From assembly GCA_028694305.1 (NCBI GenBank), contig JAQUTO010000001.1, positions 1 through 29,573 on the forward strand: DNA of 29,573 nt. The letters run 5' to 3'. This document shows positions 1-8,921 of this stretch, piece after piece (positions within the stretch are counted from its first letter, which is position 1; each line of letters begins with the position of its first letter). Source of the DNA: Bacilli bacterium (GTDB lineage Bacteria > Bacillota_I > Bacilli_A > RFN20 > UBA1709). Both the position numbers and the translations under genes were made by a program. The notes beneath the pieces were generated by a model. It ran no database searches and was not told the origin of the DNA. It saw only the letters and a program-made list of their open reading frames with translations.

Positions 1-761
1 CCTTCAATATAGAAAATATCAGGGCAGACAACTTCGCTATCTGAATTTAAGAACTTAACATACTCTTTAAGACCACCATCGTAGTGGAAAGATTCTTTCA
101 TACCACTCCGCTTGTCTTCAAAGTTGATCGTGACGCTCTTATTCAAGAAAGCCAACTGCCGTAATCTATCTTTAATGGTGTTGTAATCAAAAACAATCGT
201 TTCCGTGAAGATAGATGGATCTGGGTGGAATTTAATAATTGTTCCTGTTTGTTCGGTTTCGCCTAAAACCTTAAGGTGCTCTAAAATTTGACCACCATTA
301 CCAAACTTGGCATAGCAGCGTTTGCCGGCGTGACATGTCCAAACCTCAAAAGAGGTACTTAGAGCATTAACAACAGAAGCTCCAACACCATGCAGACCGC
401 CAGAAACCTTGTAGCCACTACTGTGCCCAAATTTACCACCAGCATGAAGCACGGTAAAGACGGTTTCAACCGTAGAAATACCCGTCTTTGGGTGAATTCC
501 GGTTGGAATACCCCGACCATTATCTTCTACTTGAACTGAGTTATCATCAAAAATGATGACGTTGATGGTATCGCAACCACCAGCATAAACTTCATCAATA
601 CCATTATCGACAATTTCCCACACCAAGTGGTGCAGACCTTTGGAGGCTGTGTCTCCAATGTACATACCAGGTCTCACTCTAACTGGAGTTAAGCCCTCCA
701 AAACCTCAATGTCTTGTTCGGTATAGGCCTCACTTTGCTTTATCTTTTCTTTTTCATCCAT
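1..761 (-). CDS. gyrB: DNA gyrase subunit B, N-terminal part (runs off window start)
   Basis: Not in the ORF track; translated by hand from ATG at 761 (AAGGAG upstream): MDEKEKIKQSEAYTEQDIEVLEGLTPVRVRPGMYIG...LHHLVWEIVDNGIDE...VEDNGRGIP...LHAGGKF...SGGLHGVGASVVNALS, the GHKL ATPase motifs of type II topoisomerase B subunits. Position directly after recF favours gyrB over parE. Confidence 0.93.
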   Translation of the reverse strand, partial: MDEKEKIKQSEAYTEQDIEVLEGLTPVRVRPGMYIGDTASKGLHHLVWEIVDNGIDEVYAGGCDTINVIIFDDNSVQVEDNGRGIPTGIHPKTGISTVETVFTVLHAGGKFGHSSGYKVSGGLHGVGASVVNALSTSFEVWTCHAGKRCYAKFGNGGQILEHLKVLGETEQTGTIIKFHPDPSIFTETIVFDYNTIKDRLRQLAFLNKSVTINFEDKRSGMKESFHYDGGLKEYVKFLNSDSEVVCPDIFYIE

Positions 762-1859
762 CTAAATCAACTCCTTTGCGATGGTTCCGTTTGTAACTTT
801 CAATATTTCGCCCTTTTTCTTGATTTCACGCTCAATTTGTGGGGCAAGCGATGAAACAGTAATAAACAACTGATTTTTGCCTTGAAGGTGATTTATTAAC
901 GTGGTTTGATGATCTAAATCAAGCTCCGATAGTACATCATCTAGAATAGCAATTGGTTTTTCACCAAATTCAGCCTCTAAACACCTAATTAACTCAAGTT
1001 TTAGAGCAATAACACATAACCTTTGTTGGCCTTGAGAGGCATAAAGACCAACGTCGTTGTTGGATAATAATCCTCTAAAGTCGTCTCGATGTATACCAGT
1101 TAAGGTTGTTTGCTTCTTTAAATCTTCTTCAAGCCCTTGTTTCAGTGTCTCATATATTGCTTCTGGGCTGTTTTCTGTTTGCTTGATAAACGATATGTAT
1201 TCCAATTGATAATCAACTTTGTTGCCACTTACTTCCAGAAACATTTGACTTAAATGTTCGTTCAGTTTCGCAATAAATCCATATCGTCTCGTAATAATCT
1301 CAGAATTAATTCCGCAAATCTTATGAGTAATTACATCCAATAAAGTTAAATTTGGATTTAGTTGATGTAGAAGTTCGTTTCTTTCCTTCAACAACTTGTA
1401 ATAATCTCGCAACGCTAATTCGTGAGCCGGAGACAGTTTAGAAATCTCTTCATCCAAAAGCGCCCTTCTATCCCGCGGAGAGTCTTTGAATAAAAAGACG
1501 TCTCTGGGGGTAAACTCGACAACTTTTGTTTCACTTCTAAACTCTGTTTTGCTTTTTACTGGTTTGTCATTGATAAAAAGTTCTAAGCTGTCTGGGTGAA
1601 TCACCACTTTGATCTTTTTGGTGGTCACTCGTTTTTTTAGTGAAGCTTCAATAACGGCAAACTCTTGATTTTGACTAATCAAGGAGATCCTTTCGTCTTG
1701 CCGAAAGGATTTTAAATTAGAAATAAAGGAAATGGCTTCCACCAGGTTGGTTTTGCCTTGTCCATTACTCCCTGAAAGCACGATGGTTGGCTTCTCAAAA
1801 TCTAAATCTAGTTTTTGATAATTACGAAAATTTGTTAGGTGAAGACTTTTAATTTCCAT
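762..1859 (-). CDS. recF: DNA replication and repair protein RecF
   Basis: Walker A GSNGQGKTN, ASQGQQR signature-like motif, LDDVLSELD Walker B; canonical dnaN-yaaA-recF-gyrB synteny. Confidence 0.96.
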   Translation of the reverse strand: MEIKSLHLTNFRNYQKLDLDFEKPTIVLSGSNGQGKTNLVEAISFISNLKSFRQDERISLISQNQEFAVIEASLKKRVTTKKIKVVIHPDSLELFINDKPVKSKTEFRSETKVVEFTPRDVFLFKDSPRDRRALLDEEISKLSPAHELALRDYYKLLKERNELLHQLNPNLTLLDVITHKICGINSEIITRRYGFIAKLNEHLSQMFLEVSGNKVDYQLEYISFIKQTENSPEAIYETLKQGLEEDLKKQTTLTGIHRDDFRGLLSNNDVGLYASQGQQRLCVIALKLELIRCLEAEFGEKPIAILDDVLSELDLDHQTTLINHLQGKNQLFITVSSLAPQIEREIKKKGEILKVTNGTIAKELI

Positions 1860-2067
1860 CTTTACTAATTTCGTAAACTTGACCCTTTACTTCAACCTTA
1901 TCTTTTGGATAGAGTTTCCGACCCCGTCTTTGTTCGTCAACCTCATTGACTAAAACTTTGTTGTTTTGTAAGAAAGACTTTTCCTCGGATCCACTATCGA
2001 TAAGACCGGTAAACTTTAAGAATTGACCAAGTTTGATATATTCGGTTTTGATTGTAATTTTTTCCAA
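1849..2067 (-). CDS. yaaA: S4-domain RNA-binding protein YaaA
   Basis: IKTEYIKLGQFLK...G...K...V.VNEVDEQRRGRKLY S4-like pattern; synteny. I prefer the TTG start at 2067 (GGGGTG 6 nt upstream) over the ORF-track GTG at 2076. Confidence 0.88.
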   Translation of the reverse strand: MEKITIKTEYIKLGQFLKFTGLIDSGSEEKSFLQNNKVLVNEVDEQRRGRKLYPKDKVEVKGQVYEISKDGN

Positions 2068-2100
2068 ATTTCTCACCCCATCGTAGAATATATATAATAT

Positions 2101-2109
2101 ATTCTAGCA
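2101..2109 (-). promoter_or_regulatory. Possible extended -10 promoter for yaaA-recF-gyrB
   Basis: TGC-TAGAAT on the minus strand, downstream of the dnaN terminator; no good -35. Confidence 0.4.
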
Positions 2110-2199
2110 TATTTCCAAATATAATAAAAGACTTTTAGGTGTTTTTCTTCACTCTTTTTAATCTATTTTTTATATTTTGCCTTTTATATCGCGATAGGC

Positions 2200-2236
2200 A
2201 AACAAAAGAAAGGGCAAGAGGTTCCCCTTTGCCCTT
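2200..2236 (-). terminator. Intrinsic terminator after dnaN
   Basis: AAGGGCAA (2210-2217) pairs with TTGCCCTT (2229-2236), with a short inner stem; followed on the minus strand by TTCTTTTGTTT. Confidence 0.65.
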
Positions 2237-2259
2237 GGTCATTCTTTTTATATCGGCGA

Positions 2260-3381
2260 TTATTGATATGTAATTGCTGGTAGGATTAATTGTACAATTG
2301 ATGGGTCTGCTTTGTTGATGATAACAAACGGCTTCGAGGTTTCGTTAAACTTCAAAGTAACCTCGGTGCAACCTAAAGCCTTAATTGCTTCGAGCCCATA
2401 TTTAGATGAGAAGGAGATATCGAGACGATCTCCGGAATATTTAAAGGCCGAAATCTTTTCAATCACGGACCCGATTTCTTTGTTTCTTGAGCTGATTTTA
2501 ACTTCTTCAGCATCCAATGATAGTTGAACGATTCCGTTGTTTTCAATCGAGATCAAGGATGCCCTATCAATTGCGGCTGCAAAGTTTTGAGCCAAAACAC
2601 TTAACTCCATTGAGAAATAATCAGGAATTATCTTGTCAGTGTTTGGATATGGGTTGGAGATAACCCTGGATACAATAATTGTGTGAACCATAGTAAAGCA
2701 AACACGTTTATCATTCAAACTTATTTCAACATTTCTTTCGTTATCTAAAACACGCCCAATTTCTACTAAAGTTTTAGCCGGAATTGTTACGTTAAATTCT
2801 TGGCCTGTTTGAATATTTATGGTCTTTCTGGCTAATCTAAATGAGTCGGTAGCAACACAAACTAAATTGCTGCCATTTGATTTAAAGTTAACGCCCGTTA
2901 GAATTGGTCTATTTTCGTTGGCAGATGCAGCGAAGCCAACTTGATCAACAATTTGTCTTACTACTCCGGCGTCTACCGTGAACTTTACACCAGATACGTC
3001 ATAATCGAGTGGTGGATAATCTTCGCTACTCATGCAATTAAGTTTAAATTCACTGGCGCCATCTCGAATGAGAACCACGGTATCCACAACTTCAAATTCA
3101 ACTTTGTCGCCCTCGAGTTTTCTTACAATATCTAAAACATATTTAGAAGAGATGATAGCGACGCCTATATCTTGAAGGTTTATTAGGTTTTCATCATTTT
3201 CCTTAAGTGGAATTTTAGTTAGAATCGACAAGTCTGAATTACTTCCTGTTAGGAAGAGTCCATTATTATTTAATTCAAATTTAATACCAGTTAAGATTGG
3301 ATTTGGATTCTTAGGTGAGATAGCTCTCACAACAACGTTTAGTGAATTTAGTAGTCGATCTTTGGAAATGGTAAATTTCAT
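2260..3381 (-). CDS. dnaN: DNA polymerase III beta sliding clamp
   Basis: 373 aa; PILTGIKF, ENRPILTGVNF, VATDSFRLA, YPNTDKIIP, QLILP motifs; AAGGA RBS; downstream of dnaA. Confidence 0.97.
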   Translation of the reverse strand: MKFTISKDRLLNSLNVVVRAISPKNPNPILTGIKFELNNNGLFLTGSNSDLSILTKIPLKENDENLINLQDIGVAIISSKYVLDIVRKLEGDKVEFEVVDTVVLIRDGASEFKLNCMSSEDYPPLDYDVSGVKFTVDAGVVRQIVDQVGFAASANENRPILTGVNFKSNGSNLVCVATDSFRLARKTINIQTGQEFNVTIPAKTLVEIGRVLDNERNVEISLNDKRVCFTMVHTIIVSRVISNPYPNTDKIIPDYFSMELSVLAQNFAAAIDRASLISIENNGIVQLSLDAEEVKISSRNKEIGSVIEKISAFKYSGDRLDISFSSKYGLEAIKALGCTEVTLKFNETSKPFVIINKADPSIVQLILPAITYQ

Positions 3382-3421
3382 AATAATTCCTTCTTTCTTT
3401 TTCTCTTCTAAATAAAGAAAA

Positions 3422-3460
3422 TAATGATACTAATAATAAGAGCTGTAGATTTGTGGAAAA
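3422..3460. promoter_or_regulatory. oriC unwinding module: DnaA box(es), GC spacer, DnaA-trio-like repeats
   Basis: Read on the dnaA strand: TTTTCCACA (3452-3460, exact TTWTNCACA), degenerate tandem box AAATCTACA (3444-3452), GCTC, then TTA TTA TTA GTA TCA TTA. This matches the B. subtilis basal unwinding layout. Confidence 0.7.
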
Positions 3461-3520
3461 GTTCTTTCTAAACCATTATAACATAACGGTCTTATAAAAT
3501 AAACTATGTTTATTTATAAA

Positions 3521-4888
3521 TTAGGCATTAATTACCTGTTTTAGGTCGTTAATTACAACCACATAATCTTCACTTGTTTTCAACAATTTTTCAACCTTAT
3601 TCACAGCGTTAATAACTGTGGTGTGATCTCGGCCACCAAAAGCCTCACCAATTTCATTTAAAGTTGGGTCCAACATACTCTTACAAAGATACATTGCGAT
3701 GTGTCTTGGTGTGACCAAACTACTTTGTCTGATTTTGGAAGTTAATTGAGTTACAGAGATGTTATAATACTCCGCCACAGCATTTTTAATTCTATCCATC
3801 GTGATTGGGTTGGATTGTTTAACTCTCTCAAAGGTTTTGAAGGTTTCTAGGGCGGTGTTCATATCAATTTCTTCCTTTTTATTGAAAGTAATCGCATAGA
3901 AAAGAAGTTTATTTAGTGCACCCTCTAATTGCCTGACGTTGCCAGAATAATTTTCGGAAATATACCGCAAAACATCCTCGTTGATTTTACCATCGTTTAA
4001 ATGTTGATTTTCAACCTTTTTCTTTAGGATTTCATAGGCCGTTTCCTTTTCTAAAGCTTGGATTTCAACCGAAAGTCCCGAGGCAAAACGCCCAACTAAA
4101 CGATCCTCAACATCTTTGAGTTCTTGTGGTGGACGATCAGCGGTTAAAACGATTTGTTTGTTATTATTTGATAATAAATTGAAGATATGGAAGAAGGTTT
4201 CTCTGGTTTTCTCTTTTGATGCTAAAAATTGAACATCATCCAATAGTAAAACATCAATGTTTTTAAATTCTTCTTTTAATGACTCAGAAGATCTTTCCTT
4301 AACCATTTTAACATAGTGTTCAAAGAAGTCATCGGTTGTAAGATATAAAACCCTAAAAGAAGGATTTTTATCCTTAATATAGTTACCAATTGCGTGTAAA
4401 AGGTGAGTTTTTCCTAGTCCTGATTTACCAAAGATAAACAAAGGACTATAAAAATTACCCGGATCTGTGGCTGCACTTACAGCAGCAACACAAGCCTCGC
4501 GGTTAGAAGGTCCAGTTACGAAAGAATCAAAAGTAAACTTTGGATTTAAGTGCGAATCAAAAGGCTTTTCCATTCTAACAGCGGCATTACTGACCAAAAC
4601 ATCGACCTTGGTTTTAGCATCAGCTTCATCTTGGTCAATAATTTGGACTTTAAAATTTGTTTGTGTCACGTCATCGACGTGAGCTTGGATGCTTTCGAAA
4701 TACTTAGATTTCAACATAATTGCTGCGAAGCGCGATGGGGAAACCACCGTTACCAAACCATTGTCGATTGATTTGATATAAGATCCCTCGAAGTATGTTG
4801 AATAAACTAATCTATCATCAACTTCTCTCTCGAGTCGATTCAAGACTGTATTCCAAATGTCGCCCATTTTAGAGGCATCTAGAACCAT
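3521..4888 (-). CDS. dnaA: Chromosomal replication initiator DnaA
   Basis: FTFDSFVTGPSN, GKSGLGKTHLL, LLLDDVQFL, RQLEGAL, FGGRDHTTV motifs; GGGAGAG RBS. Confidence 0.98.
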   Translation of the reverse strand: MVLDASKMGDIWNTVLNRLEREVDDRLVYSTYFEGSYIKSIDNGLVTVVSPSRFAAIMLKSKYFESIQAHVDDVTQTNFKVQIIDQDEADAKTKVDVLVSNAAVRMEKPFDSHLNPKFTFDSFVTGPSNREACVAAVSAATDPGNFYSPLFIFGKSGLGKTHLLHAIGNYIKDKNPSFRVLYLTTDDFFEHYVKMVKERSSESLKEEFKNIDVLLLDDVQFLASKEKTRETFFHIFNLLSNNNKQIVLTADRPPQELKDVEDRLVGRFASGLSVEIQALEKETAYEILKKKVENQHLNDGKINEDVLRYISENYSGNVRQLEGALNKLLFYAITFNKKEEIDMNTALETFKTFERVKQSNPITMDRIKNAVAEYYNISVTQLTSKIRQSSLVTPRHIAMYLCKSMLDPTLNEIGEAFGGRDHTTVINAVNKVEKLLKTSEDYVVVINDLKQVINA

Positions 4889-4919
4889 AATTACTTCTCT
4901 CCCAACTTCAATTGACCAT

Positions 4920-4925
4920 ATTATA
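4920..4925 (-). promoter_or_regulatory. Possible -10 element of the dnaA promoter
   Basis: TATAAT on the minus strand about 30 nt upstream of the dnaA ATG; -35 is weak (TTTCTA at 17 bp). Confidence 0.45.
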
Positions 4926-4970
4926 GAATAAATCCTCTATAATAGAAAGCATAAAATTTAACATTTTTAG

Positions 4971-5194
4971 TTTTCCACACGATATTCACACATAAAAATA
5001 TTTTGAAATATCGGCAGAAATCGGGCGTCAAATAACTTATCCACAACTTTAAAATGTGGATTTCTTGTGGACATGTGTATATGGAACACAATCTTATGAA
5101 CAAATCAACCATAAATCACACGTTTTCCACATAGTTATCCACCAAGATTTTCTTGATTTTTGGGGAGTTTTGAGAGTTATCAACAATATCCACA
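4971..5194. promoter_or_regulatory. DnaA-box cluster (upstream part of a bipartite oriC / dnaA autoregulatory region)
   Basis: Exact TTWTNCACA at 4971-4979, 5037-5045 and 5123-5131; one-mismatch boxes at 4982-4990, 5074-5082 (reverse), 5135-5143, 5177-5185 and 5186-5194; two-mismatch reverse boxes at 5055-5063 and 5066-5074. Confidence 0.9.
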
Positions 5195-5251
5195 AAATTG
5201 TTAAAACCGCCCATAATTGCCGTAAAACATATTATATAATAATATATTTTA

Positions 5252-5280
5252 TTGACACTTTTATGGTTTAGTTTTATACT
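5252..5280 (+). promoter_or_regulatory. SigA-type promoter of rpmH
   Basis: TTGACA (5252-5257), 17 bp, TATACT (5275-5280), with an AT-rich UP-like tract upstream. Confidence 0.85.
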
Positions 5281-5319
5281 TATAACGCGTATCAATCATT
5301 ATATCGTGGAGGTGTTAAT

Positions 5320-5454
5320 ATGAAGAGAACGTATCAACCAAGTAAGCGTAAGCATGCAGCCACTGCTGGGTTTAGAGCAAGAATGCAAACGCCAAACGGT
5401 CGTAAAGTTTTAGCTAGAAGACGGAAAAAAGGCAGACACGAATTAACTGCTTAA
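5320..5454 (+). CDS. rpmH: 50S ribosomal protein L34
   Basis: Below the ORF-track cutoff; hand translation [44 protein letters not shown] (44 aa); GGAGGTG RBS. Confidence 0.98.
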   Translation: MKRTYQPSKRKHAATAGFRARMQTPNGRKVLARRRKKGRHELTA

Positions 5455-5465
5455 TTCTAGAAAAT

Positions 5466-5493
5466 AGCCACTAGGGTTTCTAGTGGCTTTTCT
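5466..5493 (+). terminator. Intrinsic terminator/attenuator after rpmH
   Basis: AGCCACTAG-GGTTT-CTAGTGGCT perfect 9-bp stem followed by TTTCT. Confidence 0.75.
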
Positions 5494-5499
5494 CAATTT

Positions 5500-5835
5500 A
5501 TGAAAAAGATTAATAGACTGGCCAAAAACGAAGATTTCAGAAACGTGATTAATCGACATCAAGCTTTCTCAAATTCAAGTTTTGTGCTCAGTTACTTAAA
5601 AAACGATTTAGGATATGGACGGGTCGGCGTTACTATTAGTGGCAAATATGGCGATGCCGTTGAAAGAAATAAAGCAAAAAGACAAACGAGGATGCTCGTT
5701 GCGAAGTTGTTTGATTTAACCCAACCATATGACTGGGTCGTGCTTATCAAAAAAGGATTTAAAAACAAAACTTATAGTGAAAATGAGGTTGAACTAACCT
5801 ACTTACACAAAAAGTTTGTAGAAAAGGGGATGTAA
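5500..5835 (+). CDS. rnpA: Ribonuclease P protein component
   Basis: MKKINRLAKNEDF N-terminus, RVGVTISGKYGDAVERNKAKR (RNR-motif variant); position after rpmH. Confidence 0.93.
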   Translation: MKKINRLAKNEDFRNVINRHQAFSNSSFVLSYLKNDLGYGRVGVTISGKYGDAVERNKAKRQTRMLVAKLFDLTQPYDWVVLIKKGFKNKTYSENEVELTYLHKKFVEKGM

Positions 5836-5839
5836 AGCA

Positions 5840-6922
5840 ATGAAATTACTCAAAGCCCTGGCTGCGTGTCTTCTAACATTTGTCTTAGCCTTTGGTATTA
5901 CGGGTTGTAACTCAACTTTCTGTAATGAAGAAGAAGTTACCGCGATGAAGGCTGAAATTATGGCAACACTAGAAGCCGGAACGGGAACAGGCGACTATGC
6001 TACTCCAGAAGATTGGAGTACTTACACGGCGGAAGAAAAAACTTCCAAGGTTGATTCTATCTACAACGATAGTCACCCTAAGGCCTGTTTGACATATGAA
6101 GATGACACAGACGAGACAACTGGAGTTAAGATTAGTGCCAAGAGTTGGAGATATGCCTTTACTCAAGGCTTTTTCGATGGACTCTTAACTTATCCATTTG
6201 GTTTTTTAATGGACAAGTTTGCTCGTTGGTTTGGTCTTAATGGATATGGGCAATTGTTTTCTATCATTATTGTAACCTTCCTTGTTCGTTTAGTGGTTAC
6301 ACTAGCGACCTGGAAACCAACTATGGCTCAACAAAGAATGCAATTACTCCAACCAGAAATTGGACAAATTAATGCCAAATACGGGAACACCAAAGATCCT
6401 GTTCAAAAGCAAAAACAAGCCCAAGAAATGATGGATTTGTATAAGAGATATAAGATTAATCCTATTACTACTATGATTGTTCCGTTTATTACCCTACCTA
6501 TCTTCATTGGTGTGTATGGTGCTGTTAGAGCAACCTTAGTTTTAAGAGAAGGAACGGTTTTAGGAATTACATTAGCACAAACCCTAAGTTCTGGTATCTT
6601 AACTTTTAAACCAACCGCTATTGCTTTATTTATTATTATGATGGCGCTTCAAATTTTATCCATGAAGTTACCTAAACTTTTAAATAGAGAACAATATAAG
6701 AAGATGGACGCCAAAGCTCGTGACGCTAACAAACAAGCCGATACCTTTACCTATGTTATGTTAATCATGGTGGTTATCGTTGGTTGGATGCTCCCTGTTA
6801 GTATGTCTGTCTACTGGATTGCATCTTCCTTATTCACTTGCTTACAAACTTGGATTACTAAACTAATCACAGATAAGCAAAAGAAGAAAGAAAAAGAAGC
6901 AAAATGGGGAGGTGTTCAATAA
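5840..6922 (+). CDS. yidC: Membrane protein insertase YidC/Oxa1 family, predicted lipoprotein
   Basis: Lipobox ITGC at residue 23; FLVRLVV (groove Arg), QPEIGQINAKYG, QEMMDLYKRYKINP, LPIFIGVY, VYWIASSLF..LQ motifs; synteny. Confidence 0.93.
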   Translation: MKLLKALAACLLTFVLAFGITGCNSTFCNEEEVTAMKAEIMATLEAGTGTGDYATPEDWSTYTAEEKTSKVDSIYNDSHPKACLTYEDDTDETTGVKISAKSWRYAFTQGFFDGLLTYPFGFLMDKFARWFGLNGYGQLFSIIIVTFLVRLVVTLATWKPTMAQQRMQLLQPEIGQINAKYGNTKDPVQKQKQAQEMMDLYKRYKINPITTMIVPFITLPIFIGVYGAVRATLVLREGTVLGITLAQTLSSGILTFKPTAIALFIIMMALQILSMKLPKLLNREQYKKMDAKARDANKQADTFTYVMLIMVVIVGWMLPVSMSVYWIASSLFTCLQTWITKLITDKQKKKEKEAKWGGVQ

Positions 6923-7521
6923 TGGCAATTTATACAGCCAAAACCGTTGAAGACGCCCTTGCTAAGGCCAGCGAAGAACTAGGCATAAGCGTTGAAAACT
7001 TAAACTATGCTGTTCTTAAAGAAGAGAAAAAACTCTTTTCTAAAAAAGTAGAAGTTGAAGTTTATACAATGCCTGATGTGATTTCTTATTGTGAAAACTA
7101 TATAAAAATTATAGTGGCAGACTTAGGCTTCGATTGTGAGGTTACTTCCACAATTGAAGAAGGCATCATTAAGATGACAATTAATACATCCCATAATTCC
7201 ATCTTAATTGGTAAGAATGGTCAAACCTTACAAGCCCTAAATAGTTTAGTGCGTCAAGCCAGTGGCCATAAGTTTAAGAAACACTACCGGATTTTATTAG
7301 ATATTAATTCTTATAAAGATGAGAAATATGAAAAACTCATTCGGATGTCAACTAGAATTGCTCATGAAGTTCAATCAAGTAAAGTTAATGCAACCCTTGA
7401 TCCAATGACTTCTGATGAGCGGAGAGTGGTTCATAATGCTCTCTCGAATATAGAACATATTAGAACTGAAAGTAGTGGCCAAGGCTATAAACGCCAAATT
7501 ACAATTTATTATGTTGAGTAA
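6922..7521 (+). CDS. jag: Jag/KhpB (EloR) RNA-binding protein with Jag_N, KH and R3H domains
   Basis: YTAKTVEDALAKA N-terminus, LIGKNGQTLQAL KH loop, ERRVVHNAL R3H motif. Start placed at ATG 6922 (GGAGGTG RBS, TAATG overlap with yidC) rather than 6904. Confidence 0.92.
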   Translation: MAIYTAKTVEDALAKASEELGISVENLNYAVLKEEKKLFSKKVEVEVYTMPDVISYCENYIKIIVADLGFDCEVTSTIEEGIIKMTINTSHNSILIGKNGQTLQALNSLVRQASGHKFKKHYRILLDINSYKDEKYEKLIRMSTRIAHEVQSSKVNATLDPMTSDERRVVHNALSNIEHIRTESSGQGYKRQITIYYVE

Positions 7522-7545
7522 AACTGCGTGAATAACGCAGTTTTT
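7520..7545 (+). terminator. Intrinsic terminator after jag
   Basis: AAAACTGCGT-GAATA-ACGCAGTTTT(T). Confidence 0.75.
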
Positions 7546-7546
7546 A

Positions 7547-7555
7547 TGTTATAAT
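7547..7555 (+). promoter_or_regulatory. Extended -10 promoter for mnmE-tatD-rnmV-rsmA-ispE
   Basis: TG-T-TATAAT immediately after the jag terminator; AGGAGG RBS follows. Confidence 0.65.
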
Positions 7556-7579
7556 TAAATAGAATTAGGAGGGCAAGAT

Positions 7580-8920
7580 ATGCAACAAATCACTGATACT
7601 ATCGTAGCTTTGGCAACTGCGCCTTTGCAAAGTGCCCTCGCAATTATTCGTGTAAGTGGCAAAGATTCCTTTGATATTATTAGCAAAGTTAGTACCAAAA
7701 AGATTGAGTTAAAAGGAAATAATGGCATTATTCATACTAAACTCCACGAAGGAAAACAAACCATCGATGAGGTTTTACTTTTTGTCTTTAAGGGCCCTCA
7801 CACTTTTACCGGAGAAGATTTAGTGGAAATCTCTTGTCATGGTGGACTGGTTGTTATTAACCAAATTATTGCTCTACTCATTAAACAAGGAGCAAGAATG
7901 GCTGAACGGGGTGAATTCTCTGAACGGGCCTTCTATCACAACAAAATTGACTTATTACAAGCCGAATCCATTAACGATTTAATTGTGGCCCGTAATAAAG
8001 ACGCAGCAAACGTAGCTTTAAATGGTATATCTGGCGAATTATCTAAACAAATCCAACAACTAAAAGAAGCCACAGTTACTTTGTTATCTCAAATCGAAGT
8101 TAATATTGATTATCCAGAATATGAAGATATCGAGGAATTAACGGCCAAAACAATTAAACCAGAAGTTGCTAAACTTATAAAGCAAACAAGTATCATTTTA
8201 CAAGGCGCGAATATTGGTCGTACCATAAAAAATGGAATTAATGTAGCAATTATTGGCAAACCTAATGTGGGTAAATCCTCGGTTCTTAACGCCTTAATTA
8301 ATGAAGATAAAGCTATTGTTAGTGAGATTGAAGGAACAACTAGAGATGTTGTTGAAGGTAGTACCACCATCAAAGGAATAACCTTTAATTTCTTGGATAC
8401 GGCCGGTATTAGAAAAGATGCTGATTATTTGGAAAACATTGGTATTCATAAAACTTTAGAAACTATCTCTAAAGCAGATTTAGTGGTGCTTATTAGTGCT
8501 AACAAAGGACAATTAGATGAAGAAGAACAAGATATGTTGAAGAAATGTGCCGGCAAGAAGGTCATTGTGGTTTTTAATAAAGCAGATTTAACCAAATTAA
8601 AGAACGGCAAGCAATTGGCGGTGTCAGTTAAAGAACATGACATTCAACCTCTTTTAGATGCAATGACAGCATATGTTGGTTTTGATATTAAAAATTATCA
8701 GAATAAGCCACTACTCTCCAATGCTCGGCAAAAAGGGCTCATTGAAAAAGCCTATCAAAACTATGTTGATGCTGAAAAACTTTGTGAAGATCAACAGCCG
8801 GCCGACATAATTGAAATAGATATTAAAGAGGCCCTTAACTCTTTACAAGAGTTACTGGGCGATTTATATGGTGATAATTTAAGCGATGAAATCTTCAAAA
8901 GATTTTGTCTAGGTAAATAA
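7580..8920 (+). CDS. mnmE: tRNA modification GTPase MnmE (TrmE)
   Basis: ALAIIRVSG, FTGEDLVEISCHGG, GKPNVGKSS, GTTRD, DTAGIR, NKAD, C-terminal IFKRFCLGK. Confidence 0.97.
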   Translation: MQQITDTIVALATAPLQSALAIIRVSGKDSFDIISKVSTKKIELKGNNGIIHTKLHEGKQTIDEVLLFVFKGPHTFTGEDLVEISCHGGLVVINQIIALLIKQGARMAERGEFSERAFYHNKIDLLQAESINDLIVARNKDAANVALNGISGELSKQIQQLKEATVTLLSQIEVNIDYPEYEDIEELTAKTIKPEVAKLIKQTSIILQGANIGRTIKNGINVAIIGKPNVGKSSVLNALINEDKAIVSEIEGTTRDVVEGSTTIKGITFNFLDTAGIRKDADYLENIGIHKTLETISKADLVVLISANKGQLDEEEQDMLKKCAGKKVIVVFNKADLTKLKNGKQLAVSVKEHDIQPLLDAMTAYVGFDIKNYQNKPLLSNARQKGLIEKAYQNYVDAEKLCEDQQPADIIEIDIKEALNSLQELLGDLYGDNLSDEIFKRFCLGK

Positions 8921-8921
8921 C

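Noticed and set aside
2176-2202. Second hairpin/palindrome (TTTGCCT...AGGCAAA with an inner TATCGCGATA) next to the dnaN terminator
   Set aside because: Short arms and a large loop; I cannot separate it from chance or from terminator-associated sequence.
5229-5245. ATATTAT-ATA-ATAATAT palindrome upstream of the rpmH -35
   Set aside because: Purely A/T and adequately explained as an UP-element-like tract.
4921-5271. ORFs 4921-5112 and 5056-5271 across the dnaA-rpmH gap
   Set aside because: They run through the DnaA-box cluster and promoters and have no family features; a non-coding origin/regulatory role explains the region.
5320-5454. L34 reads ATAGF where T/VHGF is usual
   Set aside because: A single substitution in an otherwise canonical protein; there is no basis for a functional claim.
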